A stretch of 64,000 nt of DNA. Origin: a virus. The translations under genes and the position numbers were made by a program. Under the pieces are notes generated by a model. The model did no database searches. It saw only the letters and a program-made list of their open reading frames with translations, and was not told the DNA's origin. Every line of letters starts with the position of its first letter. Position 1 is the first letter of the stretch. The stretch is taken from the IMG/VR virus record IMGVR_UViG_3300046492_000199; one strand, written 5' to 3'. Shown here piece by piece: positions 27,323 to 36,309 of this stretch.

Positions 27323-28906
27323 ATGAATTTATCGGACAAAGAAATTTTCCATGCCATCAAAAAGTATGGCAGTGCCCGCAAAGCAGCTAAAGAATTAGGA
27401 ATTCCTAAGTCAACATTCTCAGACGCGGTGCGCAGAATTCGCACCGGGAACCTTACCGAAACTAAAGTTATCAAGCCGGTAGTTTTTAAAGCACCTAAGA
27501 AGAAGGGTGTGGTAAAGCGCTACATCCTCACCAGTGTTCAAGACGGAACCAAGATTCACCCTTTCTTCGATGTGCTTAAAGTTTATGCCGATTACCTCGA
27601 TGCTCAAATTATGGTTTCTGGTTATACCTACAATAAATCACTTTTCCAAGAGCATAGCAAGCACAAAGTTGTTTTCCCTTACGAGGTTCAACCTTATCTC
27701 ACGAATGACCGAGTCCTGCTAGGTGACAATGTTGTGTTCGCCGGGGAAATGAATATCCTCCCCACGGCAAGTGACCCACTGCTAGGGCTAAAGACTTATA
27801 CCGAAAACAAGTGGGGCATCATTCCGCACGCAAAGATTCGTCTAGAATCTGTACCAATGATGAAGGGCGATCCAGCAAAGATCGTCATGACGACTGGCAC
27901 GATCTCTAAGCCTAATTATGTTCAAAAAAGGGCGGGCCTGATTGCTGAATTTCATCACACATATGGTGCTGTTCTGGTTGAGGTTTGTGCCAACGGCGAA
28001 TTCTTCTGCCGTCACCTCATGGGCGAAGATGATACAGGTAATTTCTACGACTTGACACGCTATGTCACAGCAGATGGCGTTATAGAAGGCAATCGAGTCG
28101 CTGCAATTACGTGGGGCGACATTCATTTAGACAAATTAGATGAAACAGCTTCAGTCGCCGCTTTAGGCTTTTCGCCATCAATGAAGCGTAATATCGTCAG
28201 TAATTCGCTCCTCGATATCTTGAAACCTTACCATCAATTCTTTCACGACACGGTCGATTTTCGCCGCAGAAATCACCACTCTATCAACGATCCCCATTTC
28301 AGGTTTGAGATGTGGGTAAATAATACTGAGAATGTGGAGAGCGAGTTCACGGACGCGGCGCTGTTCCTCCGTGAGACGAAGAGGGATTGGTGCAACAGTG
28401 TTGTCATCGAATCGAATCACGATACAGCCCTATCTAAATGGTTGAAGACTGGTGATTATAGGCAAGACCCTGTAAACGCTATCTTTTTCCTAGAGACTCA
28501 ACTCGGTAAATACAAAGCTCTTCGCGATGGCGTTACCGACTATAACATCTTTTGGGAATCTATCAAGCGCTATAGTCCTGACAATGCAGCTGGCCTTGTG
28601 TTCGTCCCTGAAGATCAGTCATACAAGGTGTGCGGAATTGAGAATGGGATGCACGGCCATCTAGGCGCAAACGGGGCACGGCCTTCGCCACGATCCTTCT
28701 CCCGCATGGGCACGAAGGCTAACACGGCCCATGCTCACAGCGCCAGTATCTTTGACGGGATTTGGACCTGTGGCGTAATGGGTAAACTAGACATGGGATA
28801 TAACAAGGGCCTTAGCTCTTGGAGCCCGACCCACACCCTGACTCACCTTAACGCGAAGCGCCAGATGCTGACCATGAGCCCTAGTGGTAGATTTTATGCG
28901 GAGTAA
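27323..28906 (+). CDS. HTH + calcineurin-like phosphoesterase (large conserved phage protein)
   Basis: N-terminal HTH; WGDIH, FHD..D, SNHD, HGH, HAHS motifs. Confidence 0.75.
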   Translation: MNLSDKEIFHAIKKYGSARKAAKELGIPKSTFSDAVRRIRTGNLTETKVIKPVVFKAPKKKGVVKRYILTSVQDGTKIHPFFDVLKVYADYLDAQIMVSGYTYNKSLFQEHSKHKVVFPYEVQPYLTNDRVLLGDNVVFAGEMNILPTASDPLLGLKTYTENKWGIIPHAKIRLESVPMMKGDPAKIVMTTGTISKPNYVQKRAGLIAEFHHTYGAVLVEVCANGEFFCRHLMGEDDTGNFYDLTRYVTADGVIEGNRVAAITWGDIHLDKLDETASVAALGFSPSMKRNIVSNSLLDILKPYHQFFHDTVDFRRRNHHSINDPHFRFEMWVNNTENVESEFTDAALFLRETKRDWCNSVVIESNHDTALSKWLKTGDYRQDPVNAIFFLETQLGKYKALRDGVTDYNIFWESIKRYSPDNAAGLVFVPEDQSYKVCGIENGMHGHLGANGARPSPRSFSRMGTKANTAHAHSASIFDGIWTCGVMGKLDMGYNKGLSSWSPTHTLTHLNAKRQMLTMSPSGRFYAE

Positions 28907-28911
28907 AATAA

Positions 28912-29112
28912 ATGGCTGATTATGACGGCGATCCGACAAAGCAACCATCAGAATGTAAACCTGTGTTCACTCCATCCCACCACAACCCTCACTTCGGAAC
29001 TTGGTCTCAGTGTCCAAATCTTTATGAGAATGGTGGTGGGATGGAGAGCGAGCGTTACAAGTGTGATGTTTGCGGAAAATATTATACCCTCTATTATGAG
29101 GATATGGCGTAA
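28912..29112 (+). CDS. Small zinc-ribbon-like protein
   Basis: C...C...CDVC. Confidence 0.55.
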   Translation: MADYDGDPTKQPSECKPVFTPSHHNPHFGTWSQCPNLYENGGGMESERYKCDVCGKYYTLYYEDMA

Positions 29113-29445
29113 TCACTCCTCGATAGAAGATTCCTTCAATTCGTAGATCGCGTCTGAAACTTCAAATCCATGAATCAAGTCTTGAAGAATCATCTGCCCC
29201 TCAAAACACGCCTCGAAATCTTTACGATTAAAAGTCATATCAGGAAGTTTCTCCATTCTTGCTGAATGGAGTGTTCCCATTCCATCCACGTAAGCGTCTT
29301 TCGTCACGGCGCGAAGGTGTACAGTGACCTTGTCGCCGTGCATCCTGCCAAAATTTTTGGCCCAATTATTAAGGGCCTCGATTGAGCTTTCTCCTTTGCC
29401 CCAAGACTGGCCACCGACTGCCATGACGTGAGTAAGCTGTTCCAT
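29113..29445 (-). CDS. Hypothetical protein; the only counter-oriented gene in the left arm
   Basis: Own promoter (29482-29510) and RBS aaggag; occupies a gap with no + strand gene. Confidence 0.75.
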   Translation of the reverse strand: MEQLTHVMAVGGQSWGKGESSIEALNNWAKNFGRMHGDKVTVHLRAVTKDAYVDGMGTLHSARMEKLPDMTFNRKDFEACFEGQMILQDLIHGFEVSDAIYELKESSIEE

Positions 29446-29481
29446 TTACGTTTCTCCTTATGTGATGGGCTAACAAAACCC

Positions 29482-29510
29482 AATGTAAGGAAAATCAATA
29501 AGTTTGTCAA
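29482..29510 (-). promoter_or_regulatory. Sigma70 promoter for 29113-29445
   Basis: TTGACA-17 nt-TACATT. Confidence 0.65.
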
Positions 29511-29536
29511 CACCTAAATTTAACCCATGGTGAGAT

Positions 29537-29725
29537 ATGAAAATTATTATAAGAGATAATCTCGATAGAGAAAGCGTGGCTGACAGGCTAGTCGCTGAAA
29601 ACGTCGATAAAAATTACGCCGAATTTATTGCGGATAAGCTAAACGATTATTTTGGTGGTGGAGGCTATTTTTCTGTTGAGCAAGATGATTATGTCCTCTG
29701 GCGCGGCATGGAAGAATTAATTTAA
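29537..29725 (+). CDS. Hypothetical protein
   Basis: RBS ggtgag; abuts NUDIX. Confidence 0.55.
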   Translation: MKIIIRDNLDRESVADRLVAENVDKNYAEFIADKLNDYFGGGGYFSVEQDDYVLWRGMEELI

Positions 29726-30166
29726 ATGACTTTACAAATTAAAAAATATGTGTTAGGATTTGCGTTCTGGCGCGGCTGTGTGGCTTTGATTTATAAAACC
29801 AAAGGGCCTTCCTATGTCATTTCGACATGGAACGGTATCGGCGGTAAGGTTGAAGAGCAAGATGATGGGTGGATCGAAGGCGCTATGATGCGCGAATTTG
29901 CCGAAGAAACTCATCTCGTCATCGGTCCCGATCTTTGGAACCACTTCGCTACTCAGCACGGAGAAGGTTACGAACTTAATTGCCTCGCCGCTACAATTCC
30001 AGATGATTTCGACGCGGCTAATATTTCAAACACTGAAGGTGATGGCGAAGTAGTTCAATGGTTCCAGATGCATAACCTGCCAAAGAACATTACACCAAAC
30101 CTTTCGTGGATGCTGCCTCTCGCCACGGATAAAACAACCGGCTACCTAGAGATTACTGAACGATGA
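29726..30166 (+). CDS. NUDIX hydrolase
   Basis: WNGIGGKVE.......GAMMREFAEET Nudix box. Confidence 0.9.
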   Translation: MTLQIKKYVLGFAFWRGCVALIYKTKGPSYVISTWNGIGGKVEEQDDGWIEGAMMREFAEETHLVIGPDLWNHFATQHGEGYELNCLAATIPDDFDAANISNTEGDGEVVQWFQMHNLPKNITPNLSWMLPLATDKTTGYLEITER

Positions 30167-30620
30167 TTGTTTACGCCCTTGAACTGGAATATGAAGACGT
30201 GACAGGCGAAAGCCATTTCGAGTTACGTTCGCTGTACGAAACTCATGACGACGCGCTGTGGTACTGGACTTGGCACGTCTCTGACGCTGATAAAAAATCA
30301 ATTTATAAAAATTATCGAATTTCCAAATGGACAATCTAAAATGTACTCCATCAGATATTTAATTAAAAAAGAAGGTTCTCAGATTGCGTTCTGGAACCAC
30401 AACGCGAGTCATGATCTGGCCAAGGCGCTAGAGATTGCGTTCAAGTTTGGCACGGACCATAACAACACTGTCATGACCAATTCTGGTTGGATCAAAGAAG
30501 ACAAAGACCTTTACAGAATGAAGATTGTCTACGCCCTGACCCATCCCGAAGATACGACAAACTTCGCGCTGCATATCACGGTATCATTGGCCAGCGAAAC
30601 ACACAAATCAAACTTTTAAC

Positions 30621-32993
30621 GTGCCGAGGGTTCACAATAAGTATCACAACACCGCCCCTAACGGGGCCGTATATTGCGGTCGCGGCTCTAGGTTCGGCAA
30701 TCCCTTCGTCATAGGAAGTGACGGTGATAGGGATGAGGTGTGTGACAAGTTTGAAAAATTAATTCTTCCTACTCTCGATGTATCAGATTTGAAAGGCAAA
30801 GATTTGGTCTGCTTCTGCAAACCGAAACGTTGCCACTGTGATGCTATTCTATTAAAAGCTAATAAAGAAGAAAAAATGAAACTTAGAACAGCGCTATTCG
30901 ATATTGAAGGTGATGGACTTTTAAAAAGTAAGTTCATTAAATATGAAGACGAACTAGTTGAAATTCCTCCCATGACAAAGATTCATTGTCTTTGCATCAC
31001 GGAATTCGAGACAGGTAGAAAATTTAAATTTGTTGGTCTGAAGGAAATCGAAAAGGGTGTTAAGCTTCTTGAACAAGCTGAGATGGTCGTGGGCCATAAC
31101 ATTCTGGACTTCGACTTAAGAGCGATAGCTAAAGTTTTCCCATGGTTTGAATTCCGTGGCAAGGTTCGCGATACGCTTGTCATGACACGTCTGATGTTCT
31201 CACACCAGAAAGAATTGGATTTTCGCCTCCACGAACGCGATAGACTTCCGTCTAAATTCATCGGTCGTCACAGCTTGGATAGTTGGGGCTACAGAATTGG
31301 GAAGTGGAAAGGCGACTATTCGGAACAGAAAGAAAAGGAAGCAAAAGCTCTTGGAATTACTAATCCTCTTGCAATACATATGCATGTATGGGGAACCTAC
31401 AATGAGGAAATGGGTGAGTATTGCGAAAACGACGTTGACGTTACTGAAGAACTTTGGAAGATGCTCATTGAGCTTAACTATCCAGAGTTTCCGATCATCT
31501 TCGAACACGAAATCGCGGATCGACTGATCCAGCAAGAGGATAACGGATTCCCATTCGACACCGACGCGGCTAACAAACTCAGACTAGAGCTTGAAAAGTT
31601 CAGGGAAATTATCAGCCTAGAGTGTGAAGAGAAGTTCCCCGGCAGAATGGAACCTCAGAAACATGTCACATATAGTCAGCTGAGAGAAGATTTCAATGGT
31701 GTGAATTGGGACGCGGTTAATAACATTGAACTTGAAAATTCGGTCTACGAAATGTTGGCCAATCATCCAAGCGATAAGAAGACGCCGCAAATCATGATCC
31801 CTAAAAGGTCCATCAATTACAAGGATGTGACTAAAGGCGATAGAACAGCTGGTGCCCCTTATACCCCGGTTTATTACAAAGAGTTCAATCCCGGATCGCG
31901 TCAACAGGTCGCGGAACGTTTGATCGAACTTGGCTGGAAGCCTGAAGAGTTTACGGAGAAGGGTCAGCCGCAGGTAAACGAAATCACACTCAAACACGCC
32001 GCCGATAATATTCCAATCGCTGGATCACTGGCGGATTACTTCGGGGTTCAAAAGACTTTGGGCCAATTGGCCGAAGGTGAAAACGGCTGGCTCAGACTGG
32101 TAACGGCTGAGAATAAAATCCATCACCACGTTAATCCTTGCGGCGCTGTAACAGGTCGTTGCACTCATGCCAATCCTAATCTTGGTCAGGTTCCTTCGAT
32201 TTCTAAAAAAGAAATTGAAGACGAGGCTGGAAATAAGAAGAAGGTTATTAAGATGGGCCGCGAAGGCGGTTGGGGCTTTGAGTGCCGCTCATTGTTCCAT
32301 ACCGTCTCGCCATTCACAATGATGGGTTCCGACCTAAGTGGTATCGAGCTTCGCTGCTTGGCCCACTACATGGCTGAATTTGACAACGGTGAATACGGTA
32401 AGATTCTTCTTGAAGGTGATATTCACTCCGTCAATCAGCAAGCCGCTGGGTTAGAAACCCGCGAGCAAGCCAAGACTTTTATTTATGCAACCCTATATGG
32501 TGCAGGCCCTGAAAAGATCGGATCGATTGTATTACCATTTGGTACGCCTGACGCTCAGACCAGAATTGGTAAAGAACTTCTAGATCGATTCCTTCGTAAC
32601 ATGCCAGCGCTTAAGAAGCTGATGAAGAAACTTAAGACAGAGGCACGTCGTGGTTGGATCGAAGGCATTGATGGCCGTCGTCTCTATATCAGGGCACAAC
32701 ATGCCGCGCTAAATACTTTGCTTCAGAACGCGGGCGCGATGCTGGCCAAGAAGTGGTATCTTCTGTTCGAAGAATTTATGGAAGATCGCGGGTTCGTGCA
32801 TTCATGGGAACAAGATTTTGCGATGATGGCTTTCGTTCATGACGAAATTCAGGTCGCGGTACGTGAAGAGATTGCACAAATCGCGGGCGAGACTTCGGTT
32901 GAGGCAGCTGCCGCATCTGGTGACTTCTTTAAATTCAAACTTCCGGTCGAGGCGCAGTTCAAAATCGGAAACAATTGGGCATTGACTCACTAA
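30621..32993 (+). CDS. polA: Family A DNA polymerase (T7 gp5-type exo + pol) with in-frame N-terminal DUF4326 domain
   Basis: aa 1-80 YCGRGSRFGNPF...GKDLVCFCKPKRCHCD; ExoI FDIEGD; GHNILDFD; motif A SDLSGIELR; motif B AKTFIYATLYG; motif C VHDEIQ. Confidence 0.95.
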   Translation: MPRVHNKYHNTAPNGAVYCGRGSRFGNPFVIGSDGDRDEVCDKFEKLILPTLDVSDLKGKDLVCFCKPKRCHCDAILLKANKEEKMKLRTALFDIEGDGLLKSKFIKYEDELVEIPPMTKIHCLCITEFETGRKFKFVGLKEIEKGVKLLEQAEMVVGHNILDFDLRAIAKVFPWFEFRGKVRDTLVMTRLMFSHQKELDFRLHERDRLPSKFIGRHSLDSWGYRIGKWKGDYSEQKEKEAKALGITNPLAIHMHVWGTYNEEMGEYCENDVDVTEELWKMLIELNYPEFPIIFEHEIADRLIQQEDNGFPFDTDAANKLRLELEKFREIISLECEEKFPGRMEPQKHVTYSQLREDFNGVNWDAVNNIELENSVYEMLANHPSDKKTPQIMIPKRSINYKDVTKGDRTAGAPYTPVYYKEFNPGSRQQVAERLIELGWKPEEFTEKGQPQVNEITLKHAADNIPIAGSLADYFGVQKTLGQLAEGENGWLRLVTAENKIHHHVNPCGAVTGRCTHANPNLGQVPSISKKEIEDEAGNKKKVIKMGREGGWGFECRSLFHTVSPFTMMGSDLSGIELRCLAHYMAEFDNGEYGKILLEGDIHSVNQQAAGLETREQAKTFIYATLYGAGPEKIGSIVLPFGTPDAQTRIGKELLDRFLRNMPALKKLMKKLKTEARRGWIEGIDGRRLYIRAQHAALNTLLQNAGAMLAKKWYLLFEEFMEDRGFVHSWEQDFAMMAFVHDEIQVAVREEIAQIAGETSVEAAAASGDFFKFKLPVEAQFKIGNNWALTH

Positions 32994-33043
32994 ACCATTG
33001 GTATTGTTAAGGAAATTATTATACAGTGTTTTTAATTTTTTCC

Positions 33044-33072
33044 TTGACAATCTAAAATCTTTATGGTATAGT
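33044..33072 (+). promoter_or_regulatory. Sigma70 promoter
   Basis: TTGACA-17 nt-TATAGT with extended -10 TG. Confidence 0.75.
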
Positions 33073-33112
33073 TCGCACATAATAACAAAAGTAAAAATTA
33101 GAAAATTGATAA

Positions 33113-33352
33113 ATGGCATTATTCACATATCTCGGCTACGGCGTCGTAGCTCTTTTTCTCCTTATTATTTATTACCTCGTCACGGTTCTGGCTATCAAGA
33201 ATGGCTTAAACCTCTACATGGATACCCTTGTTGGACAATCCATGACTGAACCAACATCTCAAGAAGAAGATGAAGACGACGTAACGATTGAACCTCTCAT
33301 GACAGATGAAGAGGCAGTCACAGTCCTCCGCAACATGCGGGGAGCAAATTAA
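33113..33352 (+). CDS. Small bitopic membrane protein with acidic tail
   Basis: N-terminal TM; first gene after the promoter. Confidence 0.6.
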   Translation: MALFTYLGYGVVALFLLIIYYLVTVLAIKNGLNLYMDTLVGQSMTEPTSQEEDEDDVTIEPLMTDEEAVTVLRNMRGAN

Positions 33353-33945
33353 TGAAATCATTAGTATTTGATACCGAAACAACTGGCTTGGTCAGTTGGG
33401 GCGCACCTCCGTCTGACCCCCGTCATTGTAAACTGGTTCAGCTTGGTTGCATTCTGTTCGACTCCAATCACAACGAAATCGCTACACTCAAAACGATTGT
33501 TATTCCGTCTGTTCCTATTGGCGAAAAGGCTGAAGAAACTCACGGCATTAGCCTAGAGATGGCTCAAGAATATGGCGTCTCAAGCCAATCCGCGTTAGAG
33601 ATTTTCTGTGACTTCGTTGATATAGCAGATGTGATCGTGGCACACAATATGTCTTTCGATTCCCTCGTAATGCGCCACATGGCACACGAACTTAAAATGC
33701 AGGGCGACATTTTCGAAGGCAAAGAACTTCGCTGCACCAAGGAAGCCACGACAAGCATTCTCAGACTTCCAAAAGTTAAAGGCGGTAAGGGTTATAAGTG
33801 GCCCACGCTTCAGGAATGCATGACCTATTTCTTTAAAGAAAATATCGACGGGGCGCACGATGCCATGGTTGACGTTAGGGCATGTGCCAGAGTTTACCAA
33901 AACCTAGTAGATAATTTTGAACCGAGAGAATTAAAATGGCAGTAA
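33352..33945 (+). CDS. DEDDh 3'-5' exonuclease (DnaQ-like)
   Basis: FDTETTG, AHNMSFD, AHDAMVD. Confidence 0.92.
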   Translation: MKSLVFDTETTGLVSWGAPPSDPRHCKLVQLGCILFDSNHNEIATLKTIVIPSVPIGEKAEETHGISLEMAQEYGVSSQSALEIFCDFVDIADVIVAHNMSFDSLVMRHMAHELKMQGDIFEGKELRCTKEATTSILRLPKVKGGKGYKWPTLQECMTYFFKENIDGAHDAMVDVRACARVYQNLVDNFEPRELKWQ

Positions 33946-35027
33946 CAGGTTCCAAAATTTTAGATTTCGATAAAATCTTTAATAACTACATGGCTCATGA
34001 GAGCAAACAAAAGAAGTGGATGTACGACCGTAAACTTTCTATGGGCGCGTCTGAGGCATTTGATTGTCTCAGAAAGGCATACTTCAAGAAGAAGGATTAC
34101 GAACAAGACGCGGATTATTCTCAGTCTTGGGGCGCGATGGAACGCGGAAATCTTATCGAAGATTTCTATGTCGTACCTGCACTCGAACTTGGTCTTCCTG
34201 AAGGTATCGATCTAATCGGTGCGGGTCAGCAGGATCAAACCACCTTCTTGGACGAAGAGAATCGCTTATCTGCAACGCCAGACGGCTTGCTCGCAAATCT
34301 AGAACGTGACGCGCTCAGCCTTTATGGCATTGATGATATCGAAAGTGATTGTATCACGGTCGAAGTCAAGTCAATCGATCCTCGCGTCTCCCTCACGGAA
34401 GAAAAAGCGATTCACCGTGGACAGGTTAATATCCAGATCGGTCTAATCCGCGATCAAACTGATTTCAAGCCCCGCTACGGCGTCATTCTTTACGTTGATG
34501 CTTCCTTCCTCGACAACATCACACCTTTCGTAATTCGCTTCGATGAAAAGACTTACGAAGCGGCTAAGGTCAGGTCAAAGAAAGTGTTTGCGGCTAAAGA
34601 ACCTTCCGATCTACCGGCTGAAGGTAAGATCACAGGGGCATGTAAACTTTGCCCATGGGCCAAGCAATGTAACGGTCTCAATCTGGCTGCTGTGCCACAA
34701 GAATCATTCGATAAAACAGCGCTTGAAAAAGATCGCGTTATCATGGGCAAGCTAGTCGAGGCGGAACAAGAAGCCAAGGAACGCAAGAAACTTGCGGAAA
34801 TGGACGAAGAACGAATCCGCGTCGAAATGAAAGAATTCCTGAAGAAGCTCGGCACAAGAAATCTAAAAGCAACCGATGGTTCATGGGGCGTTACTTATTC
34901 TACGCAGAAGGGCCGTACCGGTCTAGATAAAGAAAAAATGATTGAGGATGGAATTGATCTAACGCTCTATGAAAAAGAGGGCGAAGGGTTTGAAGTTCTC
35001 CGTGTCACGACAAAGAAAGTTAAGTAA
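33936..35027 (+). CDS. Cas4/AddB-like PD-(D/E)XK exonuclease with probable Fe-S cluster
   Basis: GASE..DC.RK, SATPDG, EVKS, Q...Q, CKLCPWAKQC. Confidence 0.8.
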   Translation: MAVTGSKILDFDKIFNNYMAHESKQKKWMYDRKLSMGASEAFDCLRKAYFKKKDYEQDADYSQSWGAMERGNLIEDFYVVPALELGLPEGIDLIGAGQQDQTTFLDEENRLSATPDGLLANLERDALSLYGIDDIESDCITVEVKSIDPRVSLTEEKAIHRGQVNIQIGLIRDQTDFKPRYGVILYVDASFLDNITPFVIRFDEKTYEAAKVRSKKVFAAKEPSDLPAEGKITGACKLCPWAKQCNGLNLAAVPQESFDKTALEKDRVIMGKLVEAEQEAKERKKLAEMDEERIRVEMKEFLKKLGTRNLKATDGSWGVTYSTQKGRTGLDKEKMIEDGIDLTLYEKEGEGFEVLRVTTKKVK

Positions 35028-35260
35028 TGGTAAAGCTAAACGACGACAAAGTAGTAGAACTTATGGAAGAACTGGCTAACGCGATCATTGAGTGTATCAC
35101 TGATCGTGCCACGGCGGCAGAGGCGCGAGGCTCATCAGAAGAAGATTTTAACGCCGCAGTATATGCCACCGTCACCGCTCTAGTTGCTGGTTTTGAAGAT
35201 GGTATGGACCCTGCAACACTTGATGCGGTCAAGGCACTACTAAGTCAGGACAAGATTTAA
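35027..35260 (+). CDS. Hypothetical protein
   Basis: TAATG coupling. Confidence 0.55.
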   Translation: MVKLNDDKVVELMEELANAIIECITDRATAAEARGSSEEDFNAAVYATVTALVAGFEDGMDPATLDAVKALLSQDKI

Positions 35261-35358
35261 ACTCCAATCGTCTCTAGGAGATTTAAAAAAATAAAAGACT
35301 GTAGAGACATAAACATCGAAACGTTAAACAAGAAACTAAGAAACGAGAAAATTATAAC
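35258..35358 (+). promoter_or_regulatory. Putative translational operator: H-type pseudoknot plus AAAC-repeat leader
   Basis: S1 35262-35265/35277-35280, S2 35270-35276/35302-35308; AAAC at 35311, 35319, 35326, 35333, 35341. Confidence 0.5.
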
Positions 35359-36150
35359 ATGGCAAATGAACTTACAACCCGTAACAACAATGCAGTCGCT
35401 AACGCTGGTGCAGCCTCTGGCAACCCGTTCCTAAGCGCTGCGTCCTCACTCGGTGGCGGTAATGATGGCCTCACTTTCGCTGGTTTCAGCGGCAAGACCG
35501 GCGATTATACCTACGGTGCTGAAAAGGACGAACTTGATGACGGTTGGGAAGGCGCTGTAAATATGAATTCTGCTAAGCAGGGCCATATTTGCTGGAAGGA
35601 TTCTGAAGTCGTTGGCGAAGATATGACTCGCATCCTCGACGGTAATCCGACGCCAAAGGGTCAGCTTGAGGATCACGGTCCTTACGATGATGACGATGAT
35701 GGTTGGCAGCAGCAGATCAGCTTCGAAGTCGCTGTACTTGAAGGCGGTGGTGATGCTGAAGGTGAAAAGCTCCTCCTGAAGAATAGCTCAAAGTCTGGTA
35801 TTCGCGCCTTTGGTAATCTCCTAGCGGCTTACGGTAAGGCGATTCAGAAGGGTCAGAACATTGAGAATGGCGAAGAACTTCTTCCCATCGTAAAGTTCGA
35901 GGCCACTGAATTCACGCCGAAGGGTGCGAAGAAGAAGGAAAAGGCATACGCTCCGAAGTTCACTATCGTTGGCTGGATCAGCGAAACAGAGCTTGAAGAG
36001 AAGTATGGTGGCGAGAATGACGCTTCTAACTATGACGAAGATGAAGGCGATTCATCCGAGGCAGATGAAGAAGTAGTCAAGGAAGAAAAGGTAGTAGAAA
36101 AGAAGGCCGAAGAAGCCGCTGCTACCGGTGGTCGTCGCCGTCGTTTCTAA
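35359..36150 (+). CDS. ssDNA-binding/annealing protein (probable SSB)
   Basis: Highly biased codons, acidic C-terminal tail, position among replication genes. Confidence 0.7.
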   Translation: MANELTTRNNNAVANAGAASGNPFLSAASSLGGGNDGLTFAGFSGKTGDYTYGAEKDELDDGWEGAVNMNSAKQGHICWKDSEVVGEDMTRILDGNPTPKGQLEDHGPYDDDDDGWQQQISFEVAVLEGGGDAEGEKLLLKNSSKSGIRAFGNLLAAYGKAIQKGQNIENGEELLPIVKFEATEFTPKGAKKKEKAYAPKFTIVGWISETELEEKYGGENDASNYDEDEGDSSEADEEVVKEEKVVEKKAEEAAATGGRRRRF

Positions 36151-36175
36151 GATTTAAAAGCTTAGAAATCTAGTC

Positions 36176-36252
36176 GAAGATTTGAAACGGTCATCCAACC
36201 TTAAGTGAGTTGGGACGCTAACGGCAACCCTTTCAAGGTGTTTCAAATCTTC
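36176..36252 (+). ncRNA. Putative structured RNA (multibranch)
   Basis: Perfect 13-bp closing stem gaagatttgaaac/gtttcaaatcttc enclosing internal hairpins. Confidence 0.4.
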
Positions 36253-36256
36253 TGAA

Positions 36257-36286
36257 AATAAAAGGGCTATTCTGAGCCCTTTTATT
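36257..36286 (+). terminator. Intrinsic terminator, possibly bidirectional
   Basis: aataaaagggct-attctg-agcccttttatt. Confidence 0.8.
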
Positions 36287-36309
36287 TATGACTTAAGAAG
36301 GAGATTGCT

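Noticed and set aside
24706-32993. Z-genome (DatZ/MazZ/DpoZ) pathway
   Set aside because: No PurZ in the window; HD and MazG families are widespread; the polymerase looks T7-like
33936-35027. Cas4-like nuclease as a sign of a CRISPR-Cas locus
   Set aside because: No repeat-spacer array or other cas genes seen; solo Cas4-like exonucleases are common phage recombination genes
36176-36252. tRNA or tRNA-Sec gene
   Set aside because: No GTTC T-loop, D-loop GG or CCA end; kept only as an unknown structured RNA
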